Shown here: positions 24,460 through 34,346 of the stretch, piece by piece
Position numbering within the stretch: position 1 is the first letter of the stretch
Layout of the letters: each line of letters starts with the position of its first letter
Source: Trueperaceae bacterium
GTDB taxonomy: Bacteria > Deinococcota > Deinococci > Deinococcales > Trueperaceae
Direction: 5' to 3'
Assembly (NCBI GenBank): GCA_034520945.1
Contig: JAXHNB010000005.1
Location: forward strand, 224,001-288,000
DNA length: 64,000 bases
Notes under the pieces: model-generated
Database searches by the model: none
What the model saw: the letters and a program-made list of their open reading frames with translations, nothing else
Told to the model about the DNA's origin: nothing
Translations under genes and position numbers: made by a program

Positions 24460-25016
24460 GACGACCTTCGCACCTCCGCCTCGCCGCCCTGCTCGGCGCC
24501 TCCGCGTCCGTGGCGGTGGCGGCCCTCGTGGCCTGGGGCGTGCATCTGCTGTCGGGAGCGCGGGGCCGACTCGGCTTCGACGCCGTCAACGCGCAGGGGC
24601 TCCTGGAGGGGCTCGTGTTCGTGGTGGTGTTCGTCACGGCCCTTCGGTACGTGCGCAGCGCCGTGCGCCTGCCCAGCCCGACCCTGCTGTCGTTCGGGGT
24701 CGTGGCGCCGCCGACCGCCGCCCGCGTGGCCCATGACGTGCCGCAGGTCGACGCGGCCCAGGGGCTGCACACGTTGATCGACAATCGCATCGTCATCGTC
24801 GAGGAGAACGGGGTGCCCGTCGGTGTCGCCGGCGTGCGGCGCGAACGGATCACGTCCTGGGAGGACCTCGTCAAGGTCGACGGTCACGTCGCGGTGACCG
24901 ACCTGCGCCGCGTGCTGGCGCACGAGCCGCTGGTGATCGTGATGGAGGGGGGCGAGGTCGTCGGCGTGGTGACGCAGGAGATGTACCTGGCGGGCCTGTG
25001 GGGCGCGGTGCGCTGA
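24456..25016 (+). CDS. Membrane protein with degenerate CBS-like C-terminus
   Basis: ATG overlaps the upstream stop; two TM segments, then IVEENGVPVGV and VMEGGEVVGVVT. Confidence 0.55.
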   Translation: MRRPSHLRLAALLGASASVAVAALVAWGVHLLSGARGRLGFDAVNAQGLLEGLVFVVVFVTALRYVRSAVRLPSPTLLSFGVVAPPTAARVAHDVPQVDAAQGLHTLIDNRIVIVEENGVPVGVAGVRRERITSWEDLVKVDGHVAVTDLRRVLAHEPLVIVMEGGEVVGVVTQEMYLAGLWGAVR

Positions 25017-25026
25017 GTGCGAGGGG

Positions 25027-25935
25027 CTACGGCGAGGAGGCCTGCCCGCGGGGGGGCGGGGCGACGTCGTCGGGCGGTGCGATCAGCGCGTGTTCCGGGT
25101 AGGCCACCAGCGTGAGCGCCCCGGGGCCGAGCCGGGCGCCGAGGAACGCGCCGATGCGTTGGACCCGCCCTTCGCCGATGCGCAGGGTGCCCGCTGTGAG
25201 GCGTGCCTTGGCCGCGTCGGCGGCGCCTGGATCCTCTGCGGCGATCCCGATCACGACGCGGACCGGCGTCTCGCCCAAGCGGCGTTCCAAGATGCGTACC
25301 ATGCGATCGATGCGCCGGGCGGACGGCACCGACGCCACGGACACGAGGTCCCCTTCACGCAGTTCCCACAGCGGCCGGCGTGCCGTCACGGTCGATGCGG
25401 CCGCCTGCAGCGTGCCCATGCGCCGTCCCTTGCGCAACCAGCGAAGATCGAAGGGCGCGAGCAGCATCACGGTGGCGTCGCGCACCCGCAGCGCCGCCGC
25501 CGAGACCTCGTCCGCACCGCGGCCGGCCGCGGCGGCGCGCGCCGCCGCTCGCACCTGCTCGGCCAGGGCCGAACCGGCCGCCAGGCCGTCCACGAATCGC
25601 ACGCGACCCGCCGCACCCGCCCGTTTGGCCCCCTCCTGTGCGTGGGTGAGCGTTTCCGAAAGCCTGCTCGAGACGTGCACCGATACCACGGACGCCCGCC
25701 GGTCCAGGGCGCGCTCGTAGGCGGCGGCGAAGTCGTCCGGGTCGGGCGGCCGCAGCCGCGGGACCTCGCCCGTCTCCCGCATGCGGCCGATGCAATCCAC
25801 CGCCGTCGATTCGCGGCCGTCGCGCAGCTCGTGCTCGCCGAAGCGGACCCCCAGGGGCACCGCCAGCACCTCCAGCGCCTCCAGGGTGCTGCTGGCGAGA
25901 TCGCAGCTCGAGTCGGTCACCACGGCCGTGTTCAC
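25027..25935 (-). CDS. DegV family fatty-acid binding protein
   Basis: AVVTDSSCDL, SVHVSSRLS, LRKG, LGPG. Confidence 0.85.
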   Translation of the reverse strand: MNTAVVTDSSCDLASSTLEALEVLAVPLGVRFGEHELRDGRESTAVDCIGRMRETGEVPRLRPPDPDDFAAAYERALDRRASVVSVHVSSRLSETLTHAQEGAKRAGAAGRVRFVDGLAAGSALAEQVRAAARAAAAGRGADEVSAAALRVRDATVMLLAPFDLRWLRKGRRMGTLQAAASTVTARRPLWELREGDLVSVASVPSARRIDRMVRILERRLGETPVRVVIGIAAEDPGAADAAKARLTAGTLRIGEGRVQRIGAFLGARLGPGALTLVAYPEHALIAPPDDVAPPPRGQASSP

Positions 25936-26054
25936 GCCATCATGGTCGCGGCCACCGGCTCACGGGATTCTGACCCACTCGGTGGCGGAGGCGACCCGCC
26001 GCCGCGGCCCGGCTCCGTACACTGCCGCGTGACCCGATTGGATGTGACCGCAGC

Positions 26055-27227
26055 GTGACCTCCTCCGAGGTGGCCCCCCGACCGCCCGCCATCGCCGTGC
26101 TCCTGCACGGCGGCGCGGGGGGAAGCGGCGTCGTCGCCACCGAGCTGGGCCTTCGCTTCGCCCGCAATGGTCACGAGGTGCACTTCATCTCGAATCGGGT
26201 TCCCTTCAGGTTGGTGGACCGGAGCGACCCCCGGGTGTGGGTGCACCAGGTGGAGACCCTCGCCTACCCGCTGTTCGACGCGCCCCTCACCACGCTGGCG
26301 GAGGCGTCGAAACTGGCCGAAGTGATCGAGGAGCACCACATCGGAATCGTACACGCGCACTACGCCGTGCCGCACGCGACCGCCGCGGTATTGGCGCGCG
26401 ACATGGTGAGCGGTCCCCGGCCGGCGGTGGTGACGACGCTGCACGGCACCGACGTCACCCTCGTCGGCATGGACCGTGCCTACCTGCGCGCCACGCGCCA
26501 CGCGATCCTGCGGTCGGACGCCGTCACCGCCGTCAGCCGACACCTGCGGGACCAGACCCGCAGCGAGCTCGGCATCGACCGCGAAGTTCACGTCATTCCG
26601 AATGCGGTCGACACCGAGCGGTTCCAGGTGGGCGGCGACCCGGCGCTGCGGGCGAGGTACGCCGCGCCGGACGAGCGGATCCTGCTGCACGTGTCCAACT
26701 TCCGTTTCGTCAAGCGTGCCTGCGACGCCGTCCGCGCCTTCGCACGGGTCGTCGCGGAGGTGCCCGCTCGCTTGCTGCTGGTGGGGGACGGGCCCGATCG
26801 TCCCCGCGCCGCCGAGCTGGCACGTACGCTCGGCGTGGAGGACCGGGTCGCGTTCCTGGGCAGTTTTCCGCGCGTCGAAGCGGTGATGGCGGTGGCCGAT
26901 GTGTTCCTGTTGCCGAGCGAGCAGGAGGCGTTCGGGCTCGCCGCGTTGGAGGCGATGGCGGCCGGCGTACCGGTGGTCGCCACGCGTGCCGGGGGGCTGC
27001 CGGAGGTTGTGCTGGACGGAACCACCGGCCTGCTCGTCGACGTGGGCGACCCCGCCGCCATGGCCGACGCCGCCCTGCGGATCCTGCGCGATCCGGCGCT
27101 CCACCTCGCCTTCCAGCGCGCAGGACGAAGTCGCGCCGTCCACGACTTCGCCGAGGACGACGTCGTGACGGCGTACGGCTACGTGTACGAGGAGGCGCGC
27201 GGCGTGGTGGACGCCAGCGGCGCGTAG
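26055..27227 (+). CDS. bshA: N-acetyl-alpha-D-glucosaminyl L-malate synthase (bacillithiol synthesis)
   Basis: GGSGVVATELG, HAHYAVPHA, TTLHGTDVTLVG, HVSNFR, EAFGLAALEAM. Confidence 0.92.
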   Translation: MTSSEVAPRPPAIAVLLHGGAGGSGVVATELGLRFARNGHEVHFISNRVPFRLVDRSDPRVWVHQVETLAYPLFDAPLTTLAEASKLAEVIEEHHIGIVHAHYAVPHATAAVLARDMVSGPRPAVVTTLHGTDVTLVGMDRAYLRATRHAILRSDAVTAVSRHLRDQTRSELGIDREVHVIPNAVDTERFQVGGDPALRARYAAPDERILLHVSNFRFVKRACDAVRAFARVVAEVPARLLLVGDGPDRPRAAELARTLGVEDRVAFLGSFPRVEAVMAVADVFLLPSEQEAFGLAALEAMAAGVPVVATRAGGLPEVVLDGTTGLLVDVGDPAAMADAALRILRDPALHLAFQRAGRSRAVHDFAEDDVVTAYGYVYEEARGVVDASGA

Positions 27228-28195
27228 GGTGCGGCGTCCTGCGTCCATCCGGGCGGCAGGGGTCCACGCGCCATGCGCGCCCGCGCCGCCAAGGCGATCA
27301 TGGCGCCGTTGTCGGTGGTCAGCTCGGGCGGGGGCACGCGGACGTCCAGGTCCAGTTCGCGCAACGCGGCACGGAGCCGGCGGTTGGCGGCGACGCCGCC
27401 CGCGATGACGACCGTGCGCAGCCCCTCCGCCCGGGCCGCCCGCGCCAGCGTGCGAAGCAACGCGTCCACCACGGTCGCCTCGAACGAGGCGGCGACGTTT
27501 GCGCGCCCGACATCGGGGTCGCGCTCCACCAGCGTGGCCACTGCGGTCTTGAGGCCGCTGAACGAGAAGTCGTACCCCACCTGCCGGCGCAGGGGGCGCG
27601 TGAACGGAATCGCGTTCGGGTCACCGCCCGCGGCCAGCTCGGACAGGGCCGGCCCGCCGGGAAAGGGGAGCCCCAACAGGCGGGCGACCTTGTCGAACGC
27701 CTCGCCCGCCGCGTCGTCCAGGCTCCGTCCCAGTTCGGTGGGGCGGGCTCCCTCCTCGTCGACGCGGAACAGGCTGGTGTGCCCGCCCGAGGCGATGAGG
27801 CACAGGTAGGGCGCCTGCACCCCGTCGAAGGTGGCCGAGGCGATGTGCCCCTCGAGGTGATGGACCGGTACGAACGTCAGGTCGCGCCCCCACGCCAGGG
27901 CCTTGCCCCAGGTGAGCCCCACCAGCAGCGCGCCGATCAGGCCCGGCCCGTAGGTGGCCGCGACCGCCTCGACGTCGTCCAACGATGCGTCGGCGTCGCG
28001 CATCGCGGCGTCCAGCACCGGCCGAAGGTGGGCGAGGTGCTCGCGGCTGGCCCGCTCGGGCACCACCCCGCCGTAGGGGGCGTGCACCGCGGTCTGCGAC
28101 GCGACCACGTTGGCGCGCACGCGGCCGCTGCCGCGCTCGACCAGGCCGATGCCGGTGTCGTCGCACGAGGTGTCGATGCCCAGGATCAGCCCCAC
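27179..28195 (-). CDS. tsaD: tRNA N6-adenosine threonylcarbamoyltransferase
   Basis: GIDTSCDDT, GGVVPE, HHLEGH, DDAAGEAFDK, FSFSGLKT. Confidence 0.96.
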   Translation of the reverse strand: MGLILGIDTSCDDTGIGLVERGSGRVRANVVASQTAVHAPYGGVVPERASREHLAHLRPVLDAAMRDADASLDDVEAVAATYGPGLIGALLVGLTWGKALAWGRDLTFVPVHHLEGHIASATFDGVQAPYLCLIASGGHTSLFRVDEEGARPTELGRSLDDAAGEAFDKVARLLGLPFPGGPALSELAAGGDPNAIPFTRPLRRQVGYDFSFSGLKTAVATLVERDPDVGRANVAASFEATVVDALLRTLARAARAEGLRTVVIAGGVAANRRLRAALRELDLDVRVPPPELTTDNGAMIALAARARMARGPLPPGWTQDAAPYAPLASTTPRASSYT

Positions 28196-28236
28196 GAAGG
28201 TGAGCCTACCAAGCGCCCGCCTGCTATCCTCCGCCG

Positions 28237-29364
28237 GTGAGCGAGACGCGCGCGCGCCACTTCGAGCCCCGGCCGGCCGAGGTGGCCGGGGTGACCTTCA
28301 CGCTGAGCGGCGGGTGTCGGGGCGCCCCCCGGCCGCCGGCCGGTTGGGCGGCCCTGGTGCGCCGGGCCGCCGAGGTGCACGGCGACGTGTTGGACGTCGC
28401 CGGCATGTACGGCGTCCCGGCCCGGGCGGTGCCGGACGGCCCGGTGCGTGTCCTGGAGCCCTCCGCCGCCGGCCTGGCGGCGCTACGGCGCGACGCGGGA
28501 TCCGAGGCGAGCCGGCTGCGTGCAGCGCCGGGCTTGCCGTGGGACGCGGCGCCGGGCGCCTGTGACCACGTGTTCCTTGCGCCGCCGGCCGAGCGGGGGA
28601 ACGCACGCGTCCGCGTCGAGCTGGCCGCCGCCGCCCGTGCGCTTCGGATCGGTGGTCACGCCTGGGTGCTGCTCGAGCGGGACCGGGGCGCCAAGCGCTA
28701 CGAGCGCGAGGCGGCCGCCGCGATCGGGCCGGGCGAGGTGGTGGCGCGCGTGAAAGGGTTTCGCCTCTCCCGCTTCCGGCGCTCGGAGGCGGCGGCCGCG
28801 GAGCCGGTGGAGCCGTGGCAGCAATTCGACACGCCGCGCGGGCCGGCGGAGGCGTTGGCGGGCACGTTCGCGAGCGGCAAACTGGATCCCGGGAGCGCCC
28901 GGCTGTTGCAGGCGTTGGACGACGCATCGCCCCCGTGCGAGGGGGCGGAGGTGCTGGACCTGGGGTGCGGGTGGGGCCCGCTGGCCGGTTGGGCCGCCCG
29001 GCGCGGCGGGCGGGTGACCGCCTGCGACGACGACCTGGCGGCGGTCCGCAGCACGGCACGGAACGTGCCCACGGCGCGGGTGGTCCACGCCGACCTGGAC
29101 GAAGGATTGGCGTCGGAGGCGCGCTTCGACCTGGTCCTGGTCAACCCCCCGTTCCATCTGGGTGCGGGCGTGCGCGTGGGGTTGGGCGAAGCGATGGTGG
29201 CCACGGCGGTGGCGCGCCTCCGGCCCGGCGGCGAGGCCTGGCTGGTGGCCAACGAGGCGCTGCCCTACGAGGCGGTGGCGACGCGCCTGGGGTGCGAGGT
29301 GGGGGAGACCGCGCGCAGCGGGGGGTTCAAGGTGTGGCGGGCGCGGCGTCGAAGCGACCGCTGA
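28237..29364 (+). CDS. RsmC-like (MTS) methyltransferase
   Basis: GTFASGKLDPGS, LDLGCGWG, NPPFH. Confidence 0.82.
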   Translation: MSETRARHFEPRPAEVAGVTFTLSGGCRGAPRPPAGWAALVRRAAEVHGDVLDVAGMYGVPARAVPDGPVRVLEPSAAGLAALRRDAGSEASRLRAAPGLPWDAAPGACDHVFLAPPAERGNARVRVELAAAARALRIGGHAWVLLERDRGAKRYEREAAAAIGPGEVVARVKGFRLSRFRRSEAAAAEPVEPWQQFDTPRGPAEALAGTFASGKLDPGSARLLQALDDASPPCEGAEVLDLGCGWGPLAGWAARRGGRVTACDDDLAAVRSTARNVPTARVVHADLDEGLASEARFDLVLVNPPFHLGAGVRVGLGEAMVATAVARLRPGGEAWLVANEALPYEAVATRLGCEVGETARSGGFKVWRARRRSDR

Positions 29365-30235
29365 CGCGCGCGCCCTGGCCGATCGGCGGGGCGAGCACCC
29401 GACCGTCCTCCCCGGCGTACGACGCCAGGATCTCGCTGCAGGTCACGACGTGCTGCGCCGCGCACACCACGCCCAGCGACGGCCCCGCCCCGGACAGGTA
29501 GGCGGCCCACGCCCCGCGGTCCCGCAGCTCGGCCTGCGCCTCTTTGAATCCGGGCAGCAGGCCGTGCCGGTACGGTTCGTGCGTCACGTCGCGCGACGCG
29601 AACCGCAACAGTTCGGGCTCGTCGCGCAGCACCGCCAACGGCCACAACGAGACGCGTCCGGCGGTGAGCACCGCTTCGCTGCGGGAGACCTGGGTCGGGA
29701 GCAGGGCCCGCGCCACCTCGGTCGGGATCTGGAAGGCCGGCACGCCGAACAGCAGGCGCCACGACGGCGGCCAGGGCAGCACACGGGACATCCAGACCTG
29801 ATCATCGCGGGCGGACACCGTCAGACCGCCGTACAGCGCGGGTGCGACGTTGTCGGGATGCCCCTCGAGGTCCGCCGTCAGTTGGAACACGCCGTCCAGG
29901 CCCAGCTGCCCCCCACAGGCGGCGTCGCCGAGAAGCGCGCCCGCCACCAGCGCGGCGGAGGAGGATCCCAGCCCGCGCGCCATGGGAATGGGGTTGTCCG
30001 CGTCCAGCCGGACGGTCGGGGCCTCCCGGCCGCACGCCGCGAAGGCGGCCCGGAACCCCTGATGGATCAGGTTGTCGGGTTCTTCGGGGACCGGACCTTC
30101 GCCGTGGTAGTGGAACGCGTCCTGGGGGGCGGGCGTGGCGCGAACGTGCAGCGTGATGCCCACCGACAGGCCCAGGCAGTCGAAGCCCGGCCCGAGATTG
30201 GCGCTGCTGGCGGGGACCGTCACCTCGAGCGGCAT
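29327..30235 (-). CDS. thrB: Homoserine kinase
   Basis: PASSANLGPGFD, PMARGLGSSS, EGHPDN, SGAGP. Confidence 0.95.
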   Translation of the reverse strand: MPLEVTVPASSANLGPGFDCLGLSVGITLHVRATPAPQDAFHYHGEGPVPEEPDNLIHQGFRAAFAACGREAPTVRLDADNPIPMARGLGSSSAALVAGALLGDAACGGQLGLDGVFQLTADLEGHPDNVAPALYGGLTVSARDDQVWMSRVLPWPPSWRLLFGVPAFQIPTEVARALLPTQVSRSEAVLTAGRVSLWPLAVLRDEPELLRFASRDVTHEPYRHGLLPGFKEAQAELRDRGAWAAYLSGAGPSLGVVCAAQHVVTCSEILASYAGEDGRVLAPPIGQGARVSGRFDAAPATP

Positions 30236-30244
30236 TCGCGGAGA

Positions 30245-31732
30245 CTACCACGCACCGCCCAGCGCCCGCCGGGCGCGTGGCACGGCCTGGGCCAGGTCGC
30301 TGGCGCGCATGCCCAGGCCACAGCGGCGCGCCGCGCGTTCGCCGGCCCGCGCGTGCAGGTGCACGGCCGCGGCGACGCGGGCCGTGGCGTCACGGTGCGG
30401 CGCGGCCAGCATCGCCCCGAGGAGGCCCGCCAGCACGTCGCCGCTTCCGCCCGACGCCATCCCGGGATGGCCCGCCGCGACGACGCGGACGTGCCCGTCC
30501 GGCGTGGCGATCACGGCTCCAGCCGCCTTGAGCACCACCCCTGCGCGCCACGTGGCGGCCAGCGACCGCGCGGCCTCGACCGGGTCGGCGCTCACCTCGG
30601 CCGCGTCCAGCTCCAGCAGGCGCGCCGCCTCCCCCACGTGCGGCGTCAACCAGGCGTGCTCGGCGTCGCGGACGGCGGCACGCAGGCTCGCGTCCAGCGC
30701 CGTCGCGTCCAGCACGGTCGGCAGGGCGGACTCATGCAGCAGCTCGGCCAGGGCGGGGCGCAATGCGGGGTCCAGGCCCGGCCCCAGCACCCGGGCCGCG
30801 GCGCGCGGGTCGGCGTCGTGCGCCGCGGACGCCAGGGCGTCGGGCGCGGCGCCGAAGGGGTGCACGATCGTCTCGGGCCACCGCGCCGGAAACGGCGCGG
30901 GCGTCACCAGGGTCACCAGGCCGGCGCCCCCGCGGTGCGCCCCGCGGCAGGCCAGCTCGCCCGCCCCGGCGTAGCGCTCGGACCCCGCCACGATCAGCAC
31001 CCGTCCCGCGCCGCCCTTGTGCACCTCTGCGGGCGGGGCGGGCAGGGCGGTGGCCGCGTCTGCGTCGGTCGTCAGCCAGGGGCGTTGGCCGGTGGGAAGC
31101 GCGCCGGGGGGCAGGCCGATGTCGGCCACGCTCCAGGTGCCGAACGCGAACCGGGCAGGCGGCAGGGCCGAGGCCGGACAGGCGCCCGCCAACTGCACCG
31201 TCCGGTCGGCCCGCAGGTGCGGGCCCGGGGGGACGGCGCGGTCGCCGTCGATCCCGCTGGGCACGTCCACCGACGTCACCGGGCCCGCCCAGGCGTTCAG
31301 GCGCGCCACGACCTCCGCCGGCGTCCCCTCCAGCGGTCGGGACAGGCCGGTGCCGAACAGGGCGTCGATCACCAGGTCGGCGTCGGCCAGCGCCGCGTCC
31401 AGCGCGCCTGCCTCCAACGGCTGGATCTCGCCGTGCGCCGTCCAGGCGCGGCGCGCCTCCTCCGCGGCCCCCGCGCGCGAGGCGTGCGGGCGCAGGGCCA
31501 GCACCCGCGGCGCGATGCCGCGTTCGGCCAGCAGCCGCGCGACCACGTAGCCGTCGCCACCGTTGTTTCCCGCTCCGCACACGACCAAAGGGCGGGCCGG
31601 CGGGGGGGTGGCGGCCGTGACGTCGTCCGCGACGGCCCGCCCCGCGTTCGCCATCAGGGTCGATTCGGGGATGCCGGCCCGGACGGCCGCCTCGTCCGCG
31701 GCGCGCATGTCGGCGGCGGTGAACAGGTCCAT
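30245..31732 (-). CDS. nnr: Bifunctional NAD(P)HX epimerase/dehydratase
   Basis: GAGNNGGDG, DALFGTG, DVPSG, LTPH.GE, GGSGDVLAG. Confidence 0.92.
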   Translation of the reverse strand: MDLFTAADMRAADEAAVRAGIPESTLMANAGRAVADDVTAATPPPARPLVVCGAGNNGGDGYVVARLLAERGIAPRVLALRPHASRAGAAEEARRAWTAHGEIQPLEAGALDAALADADLVIDALFGTGLSRPLEGTPAEVVARLNAWAGPVTSVDVPSGIDGDRAVPPGPHLRADRTVQLAGACPASALPPARFAFGTWSVADIGLPPGALPTGQRPWLTTDADAATALPAPPAEVHKGGAGRVLIVAGSERYAGAGELACRGAHRGGAGLVTLVTPAPFPARWPETIVHPFGAAPDALASAAHDADPRAAARVLGPGLDPALRPALAELLHESALPTVLDATALDASLRAAVRDAEHAWLTPHVGEAARLLELDAAEVSADPVEAARSLAATWRAGVVLKAAGAVIATPDGHVRVVAAGHPGMASGGSGDVLAGLLGAMLAAPHRDATARVAAAVHLHARAGERAARRCGLGMRASDLAQAVPRARRALGGAW

Positions 31733-31782
31733 GCGCCGAGCCTACCGCCCTCCGGGGGCGGCGGCGCGGCTATCATCCGAAT

Positions 31783-33375
31783 ATGAGCGACCCCCGCGAC
31801 GATTCGCGCGAGCCGGACGCCCCCCGCACCGACGCCGCCGTTCCACGCGCGCCGATCTACCACGAACCCCCGGCGGAGCTCGGCCCACGCCTCGGGCGGC
31901 CCGGCGAACCCCCGTTCACGCGTGGCGTCTACCCGGAGATGTACCTGACGCGCCCGTGGACCATGCGGCAGTACGCCGGCTTCGCCAGCGCCGAGGCGTC
32001 CAATGCCCGCTACCGCCGACTGCTGGCGGAGGGATCGACCGGGTTGTCGGTCGCGTTCGACCTCCCCACCCAGTTGGGTCTCGACCCGGACGACCCGCTG
32101 GCCGCGGGGGAGGTGGGCCGCGTCGGCGTGTCCATCGCCACGGTGGACGACATGGACCGACTGTTCGCCGGCATTCCGTTGGACGAGGTCACCACCTCGA
32201 TGACGATCAATGCGCCCGCCACGATGCTGCTGGCGATGTACACGCTGGTGGCGGAACGCCGCGGGACGCCGCTTCACGACCTGAACGGCACGGTTCAGAA
32301 CGACATCCTGAAGGAGTACGCCGCGCGGGGCACCTACGTGTGGCCCATCGCGCCGTCCATGCGGCTGGTGACCGACCTGTTCGCCCATTGCGCGCGCGAG
32401 CTGCCGGCATGGAACACCATCAGCATCTCCGGCTATCACATCCGTGAGGCCGGTGCGACGGCGGCGCAGGAGTTGGCGTTCACGCTCGCCAACGCGGAGG
32501 CGTACGTGCGGGCGGCGCTGCGTGCGGGCCTGGAGATCGACGCGTTCGCGCCACGCCTCAGCTTCTTCTTCGCCTGCCACTCCGACCTGTTCGAGGAGGT
32601 CGCCAAGTTCCGGGTCGCCCGCCGGGCGTGGGAACGGCGCATGCGAGAGCGCTTCGGCGCCGAGGATCCCCGCAGCCTCCGCCTGCGGTTCCACGCGCAG
32701 ACCGGCGGGTCGACGCTGACGGCCCAGCAGCTCGACAACAACGTGGTGCGGACCGCGTACCAGGCCCTCGCCGCCGTGCTGGGCGGCACGCAGAGCCTCC
32801 ACACCAACGCCAAGGACGAGGCGCTGGGGCTGCCGACCGAGGCGACGGCGCGCACCGCGCTTCGCACGCAGCAGATCCTGCTGCACGAGACCGGCGTGGC
32901 GGACGCCATCGACCCCCTGGCGGGCAGCTACTACCTGGAGCACCTGTGCGATGCGCTGGAGGCGCAGGTGGAGGCGCTTCTGCGGCGCATCGACGACCTG
33001 GGCGGGGCGGTGGCCGCGCTGGAGTCCGGCATGGTGCACGAGGAGATCGAGGCGGCCGCCTACCGGCAACAACAGGAGATCGAGGAGGGCCGCCGCGTCG
33101 TGGTCGGGGTGAACCGGCACCGCGAGGAGGCGGGCGTCCAGCCGCCGGTGCAGCGGGTCGACGCCGACCTGCAGCGCCGCCGCGCCGAGGAGGTCCAGGC
33201 GTTCCGGGCGGCGCAAGACGGCGCCGCCGTCTCCGACGCGCTGGATCGCGTGCGCCAGGTGGCGGCCGGAACGGGCGACACCTTTGGGCCGATCCGCGAC
33301 GCGCTCCGTGCCGGCGCGACCCTGGGCGACACGTGCGGCGCGCTGCGCCAGACCTGGGGCGTCTACGAGGGGTGA
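31783..33375 (+). CDS. Methylmalonyl-CoA mutase, catalytic (large) subunit without B12-binding domain
   Basis: PFTRG, WTMRQYAGF, GTVQNDILKEYAARG, SISGYHIREAG. Confidence 0.92.
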   Translation: MSDPRDDSREPDAPRTDAAVPRAPIYHEPPAELGPRLGRPGEPPFTRGVYPEMYLTRPWTMRQYAGFASAEASNARYRRLLAEGSTGLSVAFDLPTQLGLDPDDPLAAGEVGRVGVSIATVDDMDRLFAGIPLDEVTTSMTINAPATMLLAMYTLVAERRGTPLHDLNGTVQNDILKEYAARGTYVWPIAPSMRLVTDLFAHCARELPAWNTISISGYHIREAGATAAQELAFTLANAEAYVRAALRAGLEIDAFAPRLSFFFACHSDLFEEVAKFRVARRAWERRMRERFGAEDPRSLRLRFHAQTGGSTLTAQQLDNNVVRTAYQALAAVLGGTQSLHTNAKDEALGLPTEATARTALRTQQILLHETGVADAIDPLAGSYYLEHLCDALEAQVEALLRRIDDLGGAVAALESGMVHEEIEAAAYRQQQEIEEGRRVVVGVNRHREEAGVQPPVQRVDADLQRRRAEEVQAFRAAQDGAAVSDALDRVRQVAAGTGDTFGPIRDALRAGATLGDTCGALRQTWGVYEG

Positions 33376-34346
33376 GGCGCCGCGCGGGCTCGCGCCGCCG
33401 TTCCGCGCGGTTCCTCGCCCTCGACCACCGACGCGATCAGATCGACGGTGGCGTCCAGATAGCTGCGTCCGTCTCGCAGGTGCCGTTCGGCGTCCATGTA
33501 CCCGTCGCGGCCGGTGTGGTCCATGGGGCCCATGTCGGCGACGGTGACCAGCCCCGAACGTTTGGCGCGGTTCCAGCTGGACCAGCGTACGAACGGCCAC
33601 CGTCCCGGGAACGCGATCGTGCTGAGCCGGGCCACCGCGTCGCGCCGACCCCGCGCATGCACGACGCGGTGCAGGCCCTCCAGGGTGCGCGGGCTGGCCA
33701 TCACGCCGCCCAGCGATAGCACCGTCGGCGACACGCCGAGCCGAGTGGCGAGCGGCCGGGCGGCCCCCAGCGCGATCTGCCCGCCGCCGCTGTACCCGAT
33801 CAGCACCACCGGCACGCCCGAGCCCGGCCGATAGCCGGCGCTCCGCAACCGTTGCGCCAGCAGGTCGGCCGAGCCCGCGTCGTACATCGGGCCGTAGCGG
33901 CGGTCGGCCGACACCGCCACCTGCCAACCGTTGCGGATGTTGATCAGCATGCCCGCCAGCCCAGCCAGCTGCCGCTTGGAGAGCTTGCGTGCGAGGGCCC
34001 AGCGCCAGAACCGCGCGAAGGTGCGTTGGCCGGTCAGTGGCCGGTCCGTCACCGAATAGGGGAACACCTCCAAAATCTCCGCGTCGCGCAACTCGGTCAT
34101 GAGGCGGTCCAGAAGAACCCGTTCACGCCGCGCGAAACTGACCCCGGACACGGTGTGGATGCCGGAGAGGAACACGACGTAGCAGGCGGCGTCGTTCTTG
34201 GGCACGTCCGGGTCTGGATCGCGGCCCCCCTCCTCGCCGAACCAACCGGCCCACCAACCCAACGTCTCGAGCGGGGCCAGCGCACCGGCGACCAGGAGCG
34301 CGACGGTGCCCACCAGCAGGACGGTCCAAGGGTCGGGGAACGTCAC
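33363..34346 (-). CDS. Membrane-anchored alpha/beta hydrolase-like protein
   Basis: GTG overlaps the upstream stop; APLETLGWWAGW, GYSGG nucleophile elbow, late His (MDH). Confidence 0.6.
   Translation of the reverse strand: MTFPDPWTVLLVGTVALLVAGALAPLETLGWWAGWFGEEGGRDPDPDVPKNDAACYVVFLSGIHTVSGVSFARRERVLLDRLMTELRDAEILEVFPYSVTDRPLTGQRTFARFWRWALARKLSKRQLAGLAGMLINIRNGWQVAVSADRRYGPMYDAGSADLLAQRLRSAGYRPGSGVPVVLIGYSGGGQIALGAARPLATRLGVSPTVLSLGGVMASPRTLEGLHRVVHARGRRDAVARLSTIAFPGRWPFVRWSSWNRAKRSGLVTVADMGPMDHTGRDGYMDAERHLRDGRSYLDATVDLIASVVEGEEPRGTAARARAAPHPS

Noticed and set aside
27179..27227. 3' overlaps of convergent genes (bshA/tsaD, also 29327-29364, 15859-15881, 33363-33375)
   Set aside because: Short tail-to-tail overlaps are common in compact GC-rich genomes, and there is no evidence of function.
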